64,000 bases of DNA. Origin: Thermoplasmatota archaeon (GTDB lineage Archaea; Thermoplasmatota; E2; DHVEG-1; B18-G2). Below, in pieces: positions 20,434 through 28,822 of the stretch. The notes beneath the pieces were generated by a model. The model saw only the letters and a program-made list of their open reading frames with translations, did not search any database and had not been told where the DNA came from. The stretch spans positions 18,737-82,736 of the forward strand of contig JAPDJO010000002.1 in assembly GCA_029259115.1 (NCBI GenBank), in the 5' to 3' direction. The position numbers were made by a program, and so were the translations under genes. Each line of letters starts with the position of its first letter. Within the stretch, counting starts at the first letter, position 1.

Positions 20434-22080
20434 TCATATCGAGAAAGGTAGACCATCTATCCCCTCTCTATAATAACTCCAGACTATCTTCACAACCTCA
20501 TAGTAATCCATTATCCCCTCTTCCACCATTCTTTCAAGTATTTTCTTCCTTAGATCAAACTCTTCGTAGATCTGCATCCTGTCTTCGAAGCCCGCATTCT
20601 TTGCGATTTTTTCCTCTAGGATATAGCTATTTCTGTTAGCCCTAAATAGATGAGTATCATCTACGGGATTCCACTCAAATGCTCTTCTTGACATGATCGC
20701 ATCTACTTCCTTGTTATATCCCTCTATCTCTTCTACAGATAATACTCTTCTTATCCTTTTCCCTTTCCTGTCTACCGCCATCTGTATCAGTATAACATCC
20801 AGATTATCCATGAAAGGCTTCGGTATATTTATTGGATGTCCGGTAAACCTCTGTATAACCTTCGTTACACTGCCAGCGTGAAATGTTGTTATAACAGGAT
20901 GTCCAGTCTGCATCGCTTGGAAGACAACCCTTGCTTCTATACCTCTCACCTCACCAGGTATTATATAGTCAGGTCTCGATCTGAGGGCTGCATCCAGAAG
21001 ATCTATAAGCTCAACATGACTCTCCTTTGGGCCTGTTGACCTAGTCAAAAGCTGTTGCCAGACTGGATGAGGAACATGAACTTCTGGTGTGTTTTCTGCT
21101 GTATAGATCTTCTTCTCTGGAGGTATAAATGGAATTATTGCATTGGTAGTGGTAGTCTTTCCAGAAGCTGTTTCGCCGCATACAAAAACACTCCTACCAT
21201 ATTGTAAGCACAGCCACAAGTATGCAGCTATTCCTGCACTCATCGTTCCCCATTTAATAAGTTGGGTTACACTTATTGGTGTCTCGCTGAACTTTCTTAT
21301 GGTCATTGTTGGACCTTTTAGGCTTACATCTTTGCTGTGAATTATATTAACTCTACTGCCATCTGGTAATGTACCATCTGCTATGGGTTGTCCTTCGCTG
21401 ACCGGACTACCTATCTTTTCACTAAACTCTTGGGAAAAGGTAGGTGCCCACTCCTCATCTATGAATATATTTGTCTTTACCATCTCAAACACTTTATGTA
21501 CAAGATGAACATGTTGTCCAGTTATGACATGAACATCTTCTATATATGGATCTCTCATAAAAGGTTCAAGAGGCCCTCCCCCTATGATACTCTTAACTAT
21601 ATCATATTCTATCTTTTCTCTTTCAATAGGTGTAAGAACGATCTTTTCTCCTTTGAACTTGCCAAATAATCCTTTCTTTTCCTCTATATCTCCTTTCTTT
21701 TCAGAAACTACAACTATCTTATCCATCATCTTTTTTATGAGTTCTCTTATTTCCTCATTCGTCCTCATTTCTTTCTTTTTTATCGCTTCTTCATAAAGCC
21801 TTTCCATAATCATATCTCTTTTCTTCTTCTCCTCATCATTCAAAGAAGGTTCTATCGCATGATACTCTATCTCTTCCATCCCAGGTAGTCTATAGATATG
21901 GATAAAGACCGTGCCTTTGGTTGGATATATCAAGTTAGGGTACTTTTCATCTCTCAGTTCTCTAGGAACCTGACTGTAGAATCTTGGAAAATCCATCTTG
22001 TCCTTTATGCTTTCTAGATATTCTTTTAAATGAGGATTCTGCTGAATCAATTTCTTAACCTCTTCTTCGTTCATTATCAT
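20434..22080 (-). CDS. arlI: Archaellum motor ATPase ArlI (FlaI), copy 1
   Basis: Walker A GETASGKTT, RSRPDYIIPGEVRG, TGHPVITTFHA. Confidence 0.93.
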   Translation of the reverse strand: MIMNEEEVKKLIQQNPHLKEYLESIKDKMDFPRFYSQVPRELRDEKYPNLIYPTKGTVFIHIYRLPGMEEIEYHAIEPSLNDEEKKKRDMIMERLYEEAIKKKEMRTNEEIRELIKKMMDKIVVVSEKKGDIEEKKGLFGKFKGEKIVLTPIEREKIEYDIVKSIIGGGPLEPFMRDPYIEDVHVITGQHVHLVHKVFEMVKTNIFIDEEWAPTFSQEFSEKIGSPVSEGQPIADGTLPDGSRVNIIHSKDVSLKGPTMTIRKFSETPISVTQLIKWGTMSAGIAAYLWLCLQYGRSVFVCGETASGKTTTTNAIIPFIPPEKKIYTAENTPEVHVPHPVWQQLLTRSTGPKESHVELIDLLDAALRSRPDYIIPGEVRGIEARVVFQAMQTGHPVITTFHAGSVTKVIQRFTGHPINIPKPFMDNLDVILIQMAVDRKGKRIRRVLSVEEIEGYNKEVDAIMSRRAFEWNPVDDTHLFRANRNSYILEEKIAKNAGFEDRMQIYEEFDLRKKILERMVEEGIMDYYEVVKIVWSYYREGIDGLPFSI

Positions 22081-22089
22081 TTTATCACC

Positions 22090-22803
22090 TCAGAATGCAA
22101 CCGCTGAAGTTTCTATTGTTAAACCTATACCTGGTCTTACTGAGAAGGTTGTTACTGGCTCATACCTATGCCTTGCACCATTGAACTTTTTGAGATAGAT
22201 ATTATGCACAATTCCCAAACCTGGCTTAGTTTCTCTAGTTACTAAGAAGTGAAGATCTGATATCATCCTAAACTCGTGATTTATCTCTTCATCCCACTCC
22301 TTCGGATTCATAGTAATAAATATGATCTTTCCAGATCCCGTTAATCTGTTAAAGAAGCTGATCAACTCTACAAGATTCTCTTTGTTTAAACTCTCCTTGA
22401 GCAGGGTAGATAGTGAATCTATGAAAATTATCTCTGGCTCAAAGAGTTTTTTAGCTGTTATAAGAGATTTAAAAAAGGTATTTCTTGGTAAAGTTTCAGC
22501 TAGCATAACCTCCGTTGAAATGAAAAACAGCTTGCCGGACATCAGATATTCTTTCATATCATATCCAACAGAAGCGACCTGGCGAAGAAAACCCTTAACA
22601 GTATATTGCGTTGATACATAGGAGCAAGTATGTCCATTTTTAAGAAAACTGTAACAGAATCTCTGGCAAAATATGCTTTTTCCTGTGCCTTCTTCACCCT
22701 CTATCAAAACTAAAGAACCATCTGGTATAGCCTGACCAAATCTCTGCTCAAATCCATCCTTCTCTCCTCCTCTTTCGAGTACTATGGATTTATAGGTCGG
22801 CAT
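22090..22803 (-). CDS. arlH: ArlH (FlaH), KaiC/RecA-fold ATP-binding protein
   Basis: GEEGTGKS, FIDSLS, F.VRPGIGL.IE. Confidence 0.9.
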   Translation of the reverse strand: MPTYKSIVLERGGEKDGFEQRFGQAIPDGSLVLIEGEEGTGKSIFCQRFCYSFLKNGHTCSYVSTQYTVKGFLRQVASVGYDMKEYLMSGKLFFISTEVMLAETLPRNTFFKSLITAKKLFEPEIIFIDSLSTLLKESLNKENLVELISFFNRLTGSGKIIFITMNPKEWDEEINHEFRMISDLHFLVTRETKPGLGIVHNIYLKKFNGARHRYEPVTTFSVRPGIGLTIETSAVAF

Positions 22804-22812
22804 CCCATCACC

Positions 22813-23256
22813 TCATATCTCAAAGTTAAACTCATCATAGACCCCTCTTGGACCAACAAGCTTTAGTTTATGGTTTCCAGAAGTTATTTCCGTGGATGAT
22901 ATGTATAGAGTTACCACATCTGACTGTAAAACATAGTTAGAAGAGAAGTAATAGTTGCTTTTTCCAATGATATTTCCATCTACGAAGACCTGAAATGTAT
23001 CATTTGTTGTTTCTATCTTCTTATCACCTATATTTTTAACATAGAAAAGATAATATCCAGCTGATATCGGTATATTTTCTGGATCATTTATGATCTCAAA
23101 GTCTGTGTCTAGCTTATCTTTGAGCCTATCACATTTCTCTGTCAGACTTTTACTTATGTCCATGGTTACAGCGGTGAATATTCCAGATACTGCTCCAGCT
23201 ACGATTACAGCTGCGATGAAGAAAACTATGTGAGTTCCCGTCAAACTGAAACCCAT
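22813..23256 (-). CDS. arlG: ArlG (FlaG) stator component
   Basis: MGFS..THIVFFIAAVIVAG, FEIINDP, YVKNIG. ATG start chosen from RBS. Confidence 0.88.
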   Translation of the reverse strand: MGFSLTGTHIVFFIAAVIVAGAVSGIFTAVTMDISKSLTEKCDRLKDKLDTDFEIINDPENIPISAGYYLFYVKNIGDKKIETTNDTFQVFVDGNIIGKSNYYFSSNYVLQSDVVTLYISSTEITSGNHKLKLVGPRGVYDEFNFEI

Positions 23257-23265
23257 CCTAATCAC

Positions 23266-23688
23266 CTATGCACTATACGTCTCATAATCGCTAATCCCAT
23301 TTCCAGTGACAACTTTTACTCTTACTAAACCAGTATAGGTAAGATTTGTTATGTTGAGAATAACTGTATTTTCAGGATAGAGATAGGGAAGGTTATAATC
23401 GAAGTCCTCGATAGTTCCATTTACTATAACCGTGAAATCCTTAACCTCCAAGCTTACACTACCTGTATTTTCCACTTTTATAGAAATATTATAAGGTTTG
23501 CCCGGGCTTTTAGTTACATTTGTTATCTCTATATCCGTATTTGCTCTCTCTACGATTCTATCTTCCAATTTTTTGTAAGATCTTTCCAACTCAGATGCAG
23601 CCGGAAGAACACTACTCGAGAATATATCTATACATACAACTAGGCATACACCTAGTATTGCGAATGCCGCTGATGTTGAGAATCCCAT
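23266..23688 (-). CDS. arlF: ArlF (FlaF) stator component
   Basis: MGFSTSAAFAIL, NTGSVSL, YLYPEN, KVVTGNG. Confidence 0.88.
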   Translation of the reverse strand: MGFSTSAAFAILGVCLVVCIDIFSSSVLPAASELERSYKKLEDRIVERANTDIEITNVTKSPGKPYNISIKVENTGSVSLEVKDFTVIVNGTIEDFDYNLPYLYPENTVILNITNLTYTGLVRVKVVTGNGISDYETYSA

Positions 23689-23717
23689 CCGTACCCCCCA
23701 AAGTTTGAGGCTTTTAT

Positions 23718-24485
23718 CTATTGAAAGGAAAGATTCTCAAGATTCTTGCTAAGTTTACTCAAATCTCTCTCTATTTTTCCTATGAAGTGCTCATCTATCT
23801 CGTTACCTTTCAACTTCTGTATGTAAAGGAATGATTGAATGTGATCCTTTGCTACAAGATTTCTTCTCTCGCTGGTTTCTTCTGTTATCCCTTCACAGTA
23901 CTCAAGTAACTTTACCTTTACATCATCTGTTATCCATCCAATATCGACGTAGTAATCTAAAACCTTGGAAATGTTATCTTTTCCTACTCTATCCACGAGG
24001 TATTGTAGCCACTTCATTACTATTACAACACCTTCTGGATCATTTGGTAGGGAATCCAAAGTAGATGCTCTGAACTCTATCTTTTCTTCTCCAGGAATCC
24101 TTATATCTTCTGGCTTGCTTTCCTTGATTTTTACATCCACATTTTTCATCCACTCGTCCTGCATCCTTTCTAGTCTCTCCACTCTTTGATGAAGATTCTC
24201 TAAAGTCTGAAGGAATTTGTTCATCTCTTCAGCAGGCTGAAATGATGTTGTGCTTGGAGGAGTTGATGGCTGAGATGTAGATGAAGTTTGTGTGGACTTC
24301 TCTCTCAGATATGAATTTATCTTATCAACTAATTTATAAAGTTGATCCTTGGTTAAAGTTAAATTTTTCTCTTTCACCTTCTCTTTTATCTTTTCAGCTA
24401 TTGATGGCGTTATTCTACCCTGAGCAACGAGGGCAGAGAGTTCTGCGCCTAGCTCAAATTTTTCAACCAAATCCTTATCACTCAT
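23718..24485 (-). CDS. arlD: ArlD/E (FlaD/E)
   Basis: VMKWLQYLV, LDYYVDIGWI, DHIQSFLYIQKL. Confidence 0.88.
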   Translation of the reverse strand: MSDKDLVEKFELGAELSALVAQGRITPSIAEKIKEKVKEKNLTLTKDQLYKLVDKINSYLREKSTQTSSTSQPSTPPSTTSFQPAEEMNKFLQTLENLHQRVERLERMQDEWMKNVDVKIKESKPEDIRIPGEEKIEFRASTLDSLPNDPEGVVIVMKWLQYLVDRVGKDNISKVLDYYVDIGWITDDVKVKLLEYCEGITEETSERRNLVAKDHIQSFLYIQKLKGNEIDEHFIGKIERDLSKLSKNLENLSFQ

Positions 24486-25224
24486 TTTTTACCTCCTCCA
24501 AAAACCTATCAATCACATCATCTATACTATCTTCCAACATTAACGTTGATATTGCTTTTTCTACAACATCATCGAGTTTCATAGAACTACCCGATAATGT
24601 AGGAGTAACCTCTGTAGCCATCCCTGTAGTCTCAGTAGATCTATCTGTCGGTATTTTACCAACAAGTATTTCCAAATCTTCTAGCCTGCTTTTTATCTTC
24701 TCAAACTCTTCTGTGAATTTCTCTAGAGCTTCTAGCCTCTGCTTTGTTACTTTTGATAAACCAACAAATGGATTCATTTGTTCAGAGACTATTTCGTATA
24801 GGCTTACCAAATCATCTAAATCCTTGTTGAGATTCTCTATTCGATTCTCGAGATCCTTTATCATGTCCCTATTTTTTGATATTTCGACTTCCAACTTAGA
24901 CAATTGTTTATCTAAGTTTGGTAAGATGTTGGTAGCTGGTACTTGTGGTTGCGATTGTTTATCTTCCTCCTTGACTGGGGCAGGAGTTATCTCCTTTTCC
25001 TTGGTTTCTAAGGTTACATCTTGTTGCTCTTCCTGCTCCTTCCTGCTCTCGGTTTCTTCTGAAGAACTTTCCTTCTTCTCGAATTTCAACATTTTCCTAG
25101 TTCCGTCTCCAAGATCAACCTCTTTTACCATAACTTCTTCCTTGTTTTCTTTTATCTCCCCCTCCTCTTTCCCTTTCCTAAACTTTAACTTTATACTAAC
25201 CCCTCCACCTCCGTTTTTAAACAA
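24478..25224 (-). CDS. arlC: ArlC (FlaC); start codon uncertain
   Basis: Coiled coil followed by LVSLYEIVSEQMNPFVG signature. Confidence 0.85.
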   Translation of the reverse strand: MFKNGGGGVSIKLKFRKGKEEGEIKENKEEVMVKEVDLGDGTRKMLKFEKKESSSEETESRKEQEEQQDVTLETKEKEITPAPVKEEDKQSQPQVPATNILPNLDKQLSKLEVEISKNRDMIKDLENRIENLNKDLDDLVSLYEIVSEQMNPFVGLSKVTKQRLEALEKFTEEFEKIKSRLEDLEILVGKIPTDRSTETTGMATEVTPTLSGSSMKLDDVVEKAISTLMLEDSIDDVIDRFLEEVKNE

Positions 25225-25347
25225 TTAGGTAATATCTATATCAGATATTTATATTTTTACCTCATCTCTCTGTTTGCAGGAAAAATCTTTTAAAATCTAA
25301 TAGCCTAACTGAATTGGAGGAGGAGTTTAACACGGAGGTTAAAATAG

Positions 25348-27183
25348 ATGTCACAAGATAGTAGATCCAATAATTATATGGATTTTTTTATACTTGGTAT
25401 AGATAGCAATGCTAGACTTATTGCATTCAACAGAAAGTGCGAAGAGTTAACTGGTTACAGGAGGGATGAGATTCTCCATAGAAAGATATGGGGCACCATT
25501 TTTCCTAAAGAATATAGAAGGAATTGGAATAGTATATTTTTGGATAGGGTAGAAAGAATCGAGTTACCTCTCCTAGATAAAAATAGAAAGAGGCTAGATC
25601 TAGTCTGGAGTCCTATGGAAGTAGGTATCAAAGATAAAGAAATTTGGCTCATTGGAGTAGAGAGATCGGAAGAAAATAAACTCTGGGATTTTTTAGAAAT
25701 AGAAAAAGTTGGAAACCCTGTTGATAAGAAAAATAATAACGAGAATCTGAAGAAAAAGATCGATGAATTGTTAAAAGTCAAGAATTCAATAGAAATTGCA
25801 ACAAATCTTATAGAAAGACAATGGAAGAAGATAAGTGATTATGCAAAACAACTAAGCAATATGGAAAAGATTTTGGAGAAAGAAAAAAGAAAACTTGAGA
25901 AAGAGAAGAAAGAGATGGAGAAACATAGGGAAAGAGTGGAAAACCTAATGGAGAGAAAACTTTTCTATTTTGAGAGAAAACTCAGGGAAAAAACAAATAA
26001 AATTTCCAAACTAAGTGAGAGAGGATCTGTTTTAAAGAATTTGAATGAAAGATTGAGAGAGATAGAGTATATGAGCAGGGAACTAGAAGTAATGTTGAAT
26101 GGAGTGATGGAAAAAGAGGCAGAGATCAAAGATCTAGAAAAGAGAATTAACCTAGAGAAGGAAAACTTGGAGAAAGACAAAAGAGAAATCAGAATGAAGC
26201 TGAAAACCATTGAGACCAAGGAAAAGGAACTGGTAAGAAAAGAGAACGAGCTGAGAAAAAGAATCAGAGAGGTAGAGAATAAGGAGAGAGATATACAAAA
26301 TATGAAAATCAAACTGGAAAATGAAAGGAGAATATTGGAAGAAAGGATGAAAGATATTGAAAAGAGACTGGAATTAGAGAAAAATATATTCATGGAGCAA
26401 CTAGAGAGTAAATATAAAGCTGTATTTGAAAGAAAAATAAATGATCTCAAAAGAAAACTCGAAGATTATAAAACAAGAGAAAAAGAACTTAAATTAGATA
26501 TAACTCTCCTTAAAAAAAGAGAGAAGGAATTGGAGAAGGAGATAGAGAAATACAGATCTAAGGAAAAGGAGCTACTTGAGCTAGAGGAGAAGATAAATAA
26601 AGAAAGAGAAGAAATCGCTAAACTCGAAGAAGAAATCAATGCAAGGAGTAAACTGCTAGAAGAGATGGAAAACAGGGAAAGAGAAATCATATACAGGGAA
26701 AACGAACTCAGGAAGAAGGAGAAACAACTCAGGGAGAAAGAGAGAGAGCTGATAGATAGAGAGAGAGAACTCCGAGACATGCTTATAAGATCATCATTAC
26801 AAGAAACGACATTGCCTATAGTGAAAGAAACCAAAAAATTGGAACAAGAGACCGAAGAATCAAAAGATCTCTCTGAGATGGAGATCCCTGCCGCACTTGT
26901 AAGGAAAGGAATGATCCTCAAAGCAAATGAACAGTTCCTTTCTCTCACAGGACTTAGTGAAAGAGATATTACCAACAAAAGCTTCTTTTCGTTGATAGCT
27001 CCAGAAGAACTCCCAAACCTGCAGAGATATTACTTATCTAGATTAAAAGGAGCAGATATAGATTCAATCGATACTATTATAGTGAACAGCAAAAATGAAA
27101 AAATACCAGTGAAAATAAAATTAAATCAAATAAAATTAAGAGACGGTATCTTTGATTTAGCGCTTATAGAGTCGTTAGACTAG
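25348..27183 (+). CDS. PAS - long coiled coil - PAS protein with no recognisable output domain
   Basis: N-terminal FNRKCEELTGYRRDEIL and C-terminal ANEQFLSLTGLSERDI PAS signatures around a roughly 350-aa E/K/R heptad region. Confidence 0.8.
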   Translation: MSQDSRSNNYMDFFILGIDSNARLIAFNRKCEELTGYRRDEILHRKIWGTIFPKEYRRNWNSIFLDRVERIELPLLDKNRKRLDLVWSPMEVGIKDKEIWLIGVERSEENKLWDFLEIEKVGNPVDKKNNNENLKKKIDELLKVKNSIEIATNLIERQWKKISDYAKQLSNMEKILEKEKRKLEKEKKEMEKHRERVENLMERKLFYFERKLREKTNKISKLSERGSVLKNLNERLREIEYMSRELEVMLNGVMEKEAEIKDLEKRINLEKENLEKDKREIRMKLKTIETKEKELVRKENELRKRIREVENKERDIQNMKIKLENERRILEERMKDIEKRLELEKNIFMEQLESKYKAVFERKINDLKRKLEDYKTREKELKLDITLLKKREKELEKEIEKYRSKEKELLELEEKINKEREEIAKLEEEINARSKLLEEMENREREIIYRENELRKKEKQLREKERELIDRERELRDMLIRSSLQETTLPIVKETKKLEQETEESKDLSEMEIPAALVRKGMILKANEQFLSLTGLSERDITNKSFFSLIAPEELPNLQRYYLSRLKGADIDSIDTIIVNSKNEKIPVKIKLNQIKLRDGIFDLALIESLD

Positions 27184-28032
27184 CTCTACTATTCTGTTTG
27201 TGAACACACATGGTGCAGCAGCATCAAATGTACCAGGCGCTCCTACCTCCGGAACGAAGCTGCCAGATATTGATGCTCTTGGTGGTAATCCGGTTGAGTT
27301 GAATGCAGCAGAGAGATTGACTATTATTATTGCTTTGTCTCCGACATTCATACCATAGTTCCTGTATATTGAACCATCTGCATCGTGTAAGGCTATTATT
27401 CCAAAGGTTGTTGCATTCAGAGATACGCTCAGCGTATGGAAAACTCCATCTGGACTAACCTTGGATGCAACATATCCGTCTTGGTCAGAGTATGTTAATG
27501 TAATTAGCCTATCATATTTCAGATATAATATAGTATTCTTGAGATCTATATCTTGAGAACCAGATCTTGGTCTCACAGTCAGAGCCAGATGGGTTATGTA
27601 TGTCTTATTCTCGTTTGTATAACCTACTACATCTATAACAGCTAAGCCACTCGAAATCTCTCTAGTTGTCTGCAAACCAACCTTGTTCGCTCTTTGTTGC
27701 AGAGTTTCTCCAGTTTTTATAAGAACGCTTGCTGCGACCGCAGATACCAGAATCATAGCTATAAACACTATCAGTGTACCTATACCAACGAAAGCCATTT
27801 GATCTCCTTTAAAACTCTTTTTGATTTTCCTCATTGATCTAGGCTTTATTGCCACTATTGACTTCAGATTCAAACAACCTAGCCCTTGATCAGAATCTAC
27901 GATCACAAAACCTGCATCATAATCTATTTCTTCCAAAATCCCAGAGATGACACTAGCTCTTTCCTTACCCGGCTCCTTTAATACTATCTTACAGTATCTT
28001 CCCACCAGCCTATCCATATACCTCTTCTCCAC
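27175..28032 (-). CDS. arlB: Archaellin with an N-terminal Sm/Hfq-like extension
   Basis: From about residue 80: A/FVGIGTLIVFIAMILVSAVAASVLI, RPRSGSQDIDL, PEVGAPG. Residues 1-65 follow an Sm-fold pattern. GTG start after AGGAGGTGG. Confidence 0.85.
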   Translation of the reverse strand: MEKRYMDRLVGRYCKIVLKEPGKERASVISGILEEIDYDAGFVIVDSDQGLGCLNLKSIVAIKPRSMRKIKKSFKGDQMAFVGIGTLIVFIAMILVSAVAASVLIKTGETLQQRANKVGLQTTREISSGLAVIDVVGYTNENKTYITHLALTVRPRSGSQDIDLKNTILYLKYDRLITLTYSDQDGYVASKVSPDGVFHTLSVSLNATTFGIIALHDADGSIYRNYGMNVGDKAIIIVNLSAAFNSTGLPPRASISGSFVPEVGAPGTFDAAAPCVFTNRIVELV

Positions 28033-28055
28033 TTCTCACCACCTCCTTTACGTTC

Positions 28056-28197
28056 CATTTCCCATGCCACTTGATTGCATGGGAAATGTTGTCATGTATT
28101 ATGTCTTCAAGTAACAATATTTAAACCTTACTTGGAAAATTATCAAATTGATAATTTGTCACATGTTCTCATGCTTCATAATATCTCGACAACATTT
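28056..28197. promoter_or_regulatory. Divergent promoter region with several inverted repeats
   Basis: 12-bp stem 28056-28088; 7-bp IR 28108-28134 around a TATA box; palindrome AAATTATCAA-A-TTGATAATTT 28137-28157; 10-bp IR 28084-28093/28188-28197. Confidence 0.6.
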
Positions 28198-28237
28198 GTA
28201 CAATAACTCGTTTATAAGCAAAGTTCCAAAGTTTTAA

Positions 28238-28822
28238 ATGATGAGAGAAGCAGGGAGTACAGGAATTGCATCGGCTATCCTTCTGATAGCGATACTACTC
28301 ATGGGCAGTAGTGCAATCTATACAACAATAAGTCAGGATAGCATATCTTCAGGTGATTTCGAAAATAAGGTAAATGAAATACTAGATGACATAACCTCAT
28401 ATTTCCTAGTAAAAGAAGGCTATGCCAAAACAGACGGGAACGAAATCAAAATACTCTTACTGGTTAAACCTATCTTTGATGATCCCATCTCAATATCAAA
28501 TCTCACTCTTCAGGTAATTGATGATGATTCTATTCATGTGTTGAAACTTCACGACATATATGAAACAGGGAAAGATTTGTTTGATAGCGACCTCTGGAGC
28601 GAGATTAATCAGAGCTTTTGTATAATCCCTGTTGTTGATAGAGATGAATCCATTTCCAAAGAAAAGACGGTGAATGGAGATTTGTTTTATGTGGCCTTGT
28701 GCCTAAGAGGGATAGAAATAGGCGAAGATATTGAGATTTCTATTCTATCGGAGACAGGGTCAATTTCTGTATTAACCATCGATATACCCTTCTCCACGTC
28801 TGATGTTTTCAAGATATACTAA
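28238..28822 (+). CDS. Highly divergent archaellin-like/type IV pilin-like protein
   Basis: REAG/STGIASAILLIAILL class-III-like N-terminus; FCIIPVVDRDES parallels FGIIVLEDADNS of the archaellins. Confidence 0.65.
   Translation: MMREAGSTGIASAILLIAILLMGSSAIYTTISQDSISSGDFENKVNEILDDITSYFLVKEGYAKTDGNEIKILLLVKPIFDDPISISNLTLQVIDDDSIHVLKLHDIYETGKDLFDSDLWSEINQSFCIIPVVDRDESISKEKTVNGDLFYVALCLRGIEIGEDIEISILSETGSISVLTIDIPFSTSDVFKIY

Noticed and set aside
24281-25228. 315-aa plus-strand ORF
   Set aside because: Antisense shadow of arlC/arlD with Ser/Leu/Phe-rich mirror composition; the many other short antisense ORFs in the track were rejected for the same reason.
25700-26800. SMC/Rad50 ATPase or chemoreceptor
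   Set aside because: No Walker motifs or MCP signalling hairpin; the region is a plain coiled coil.
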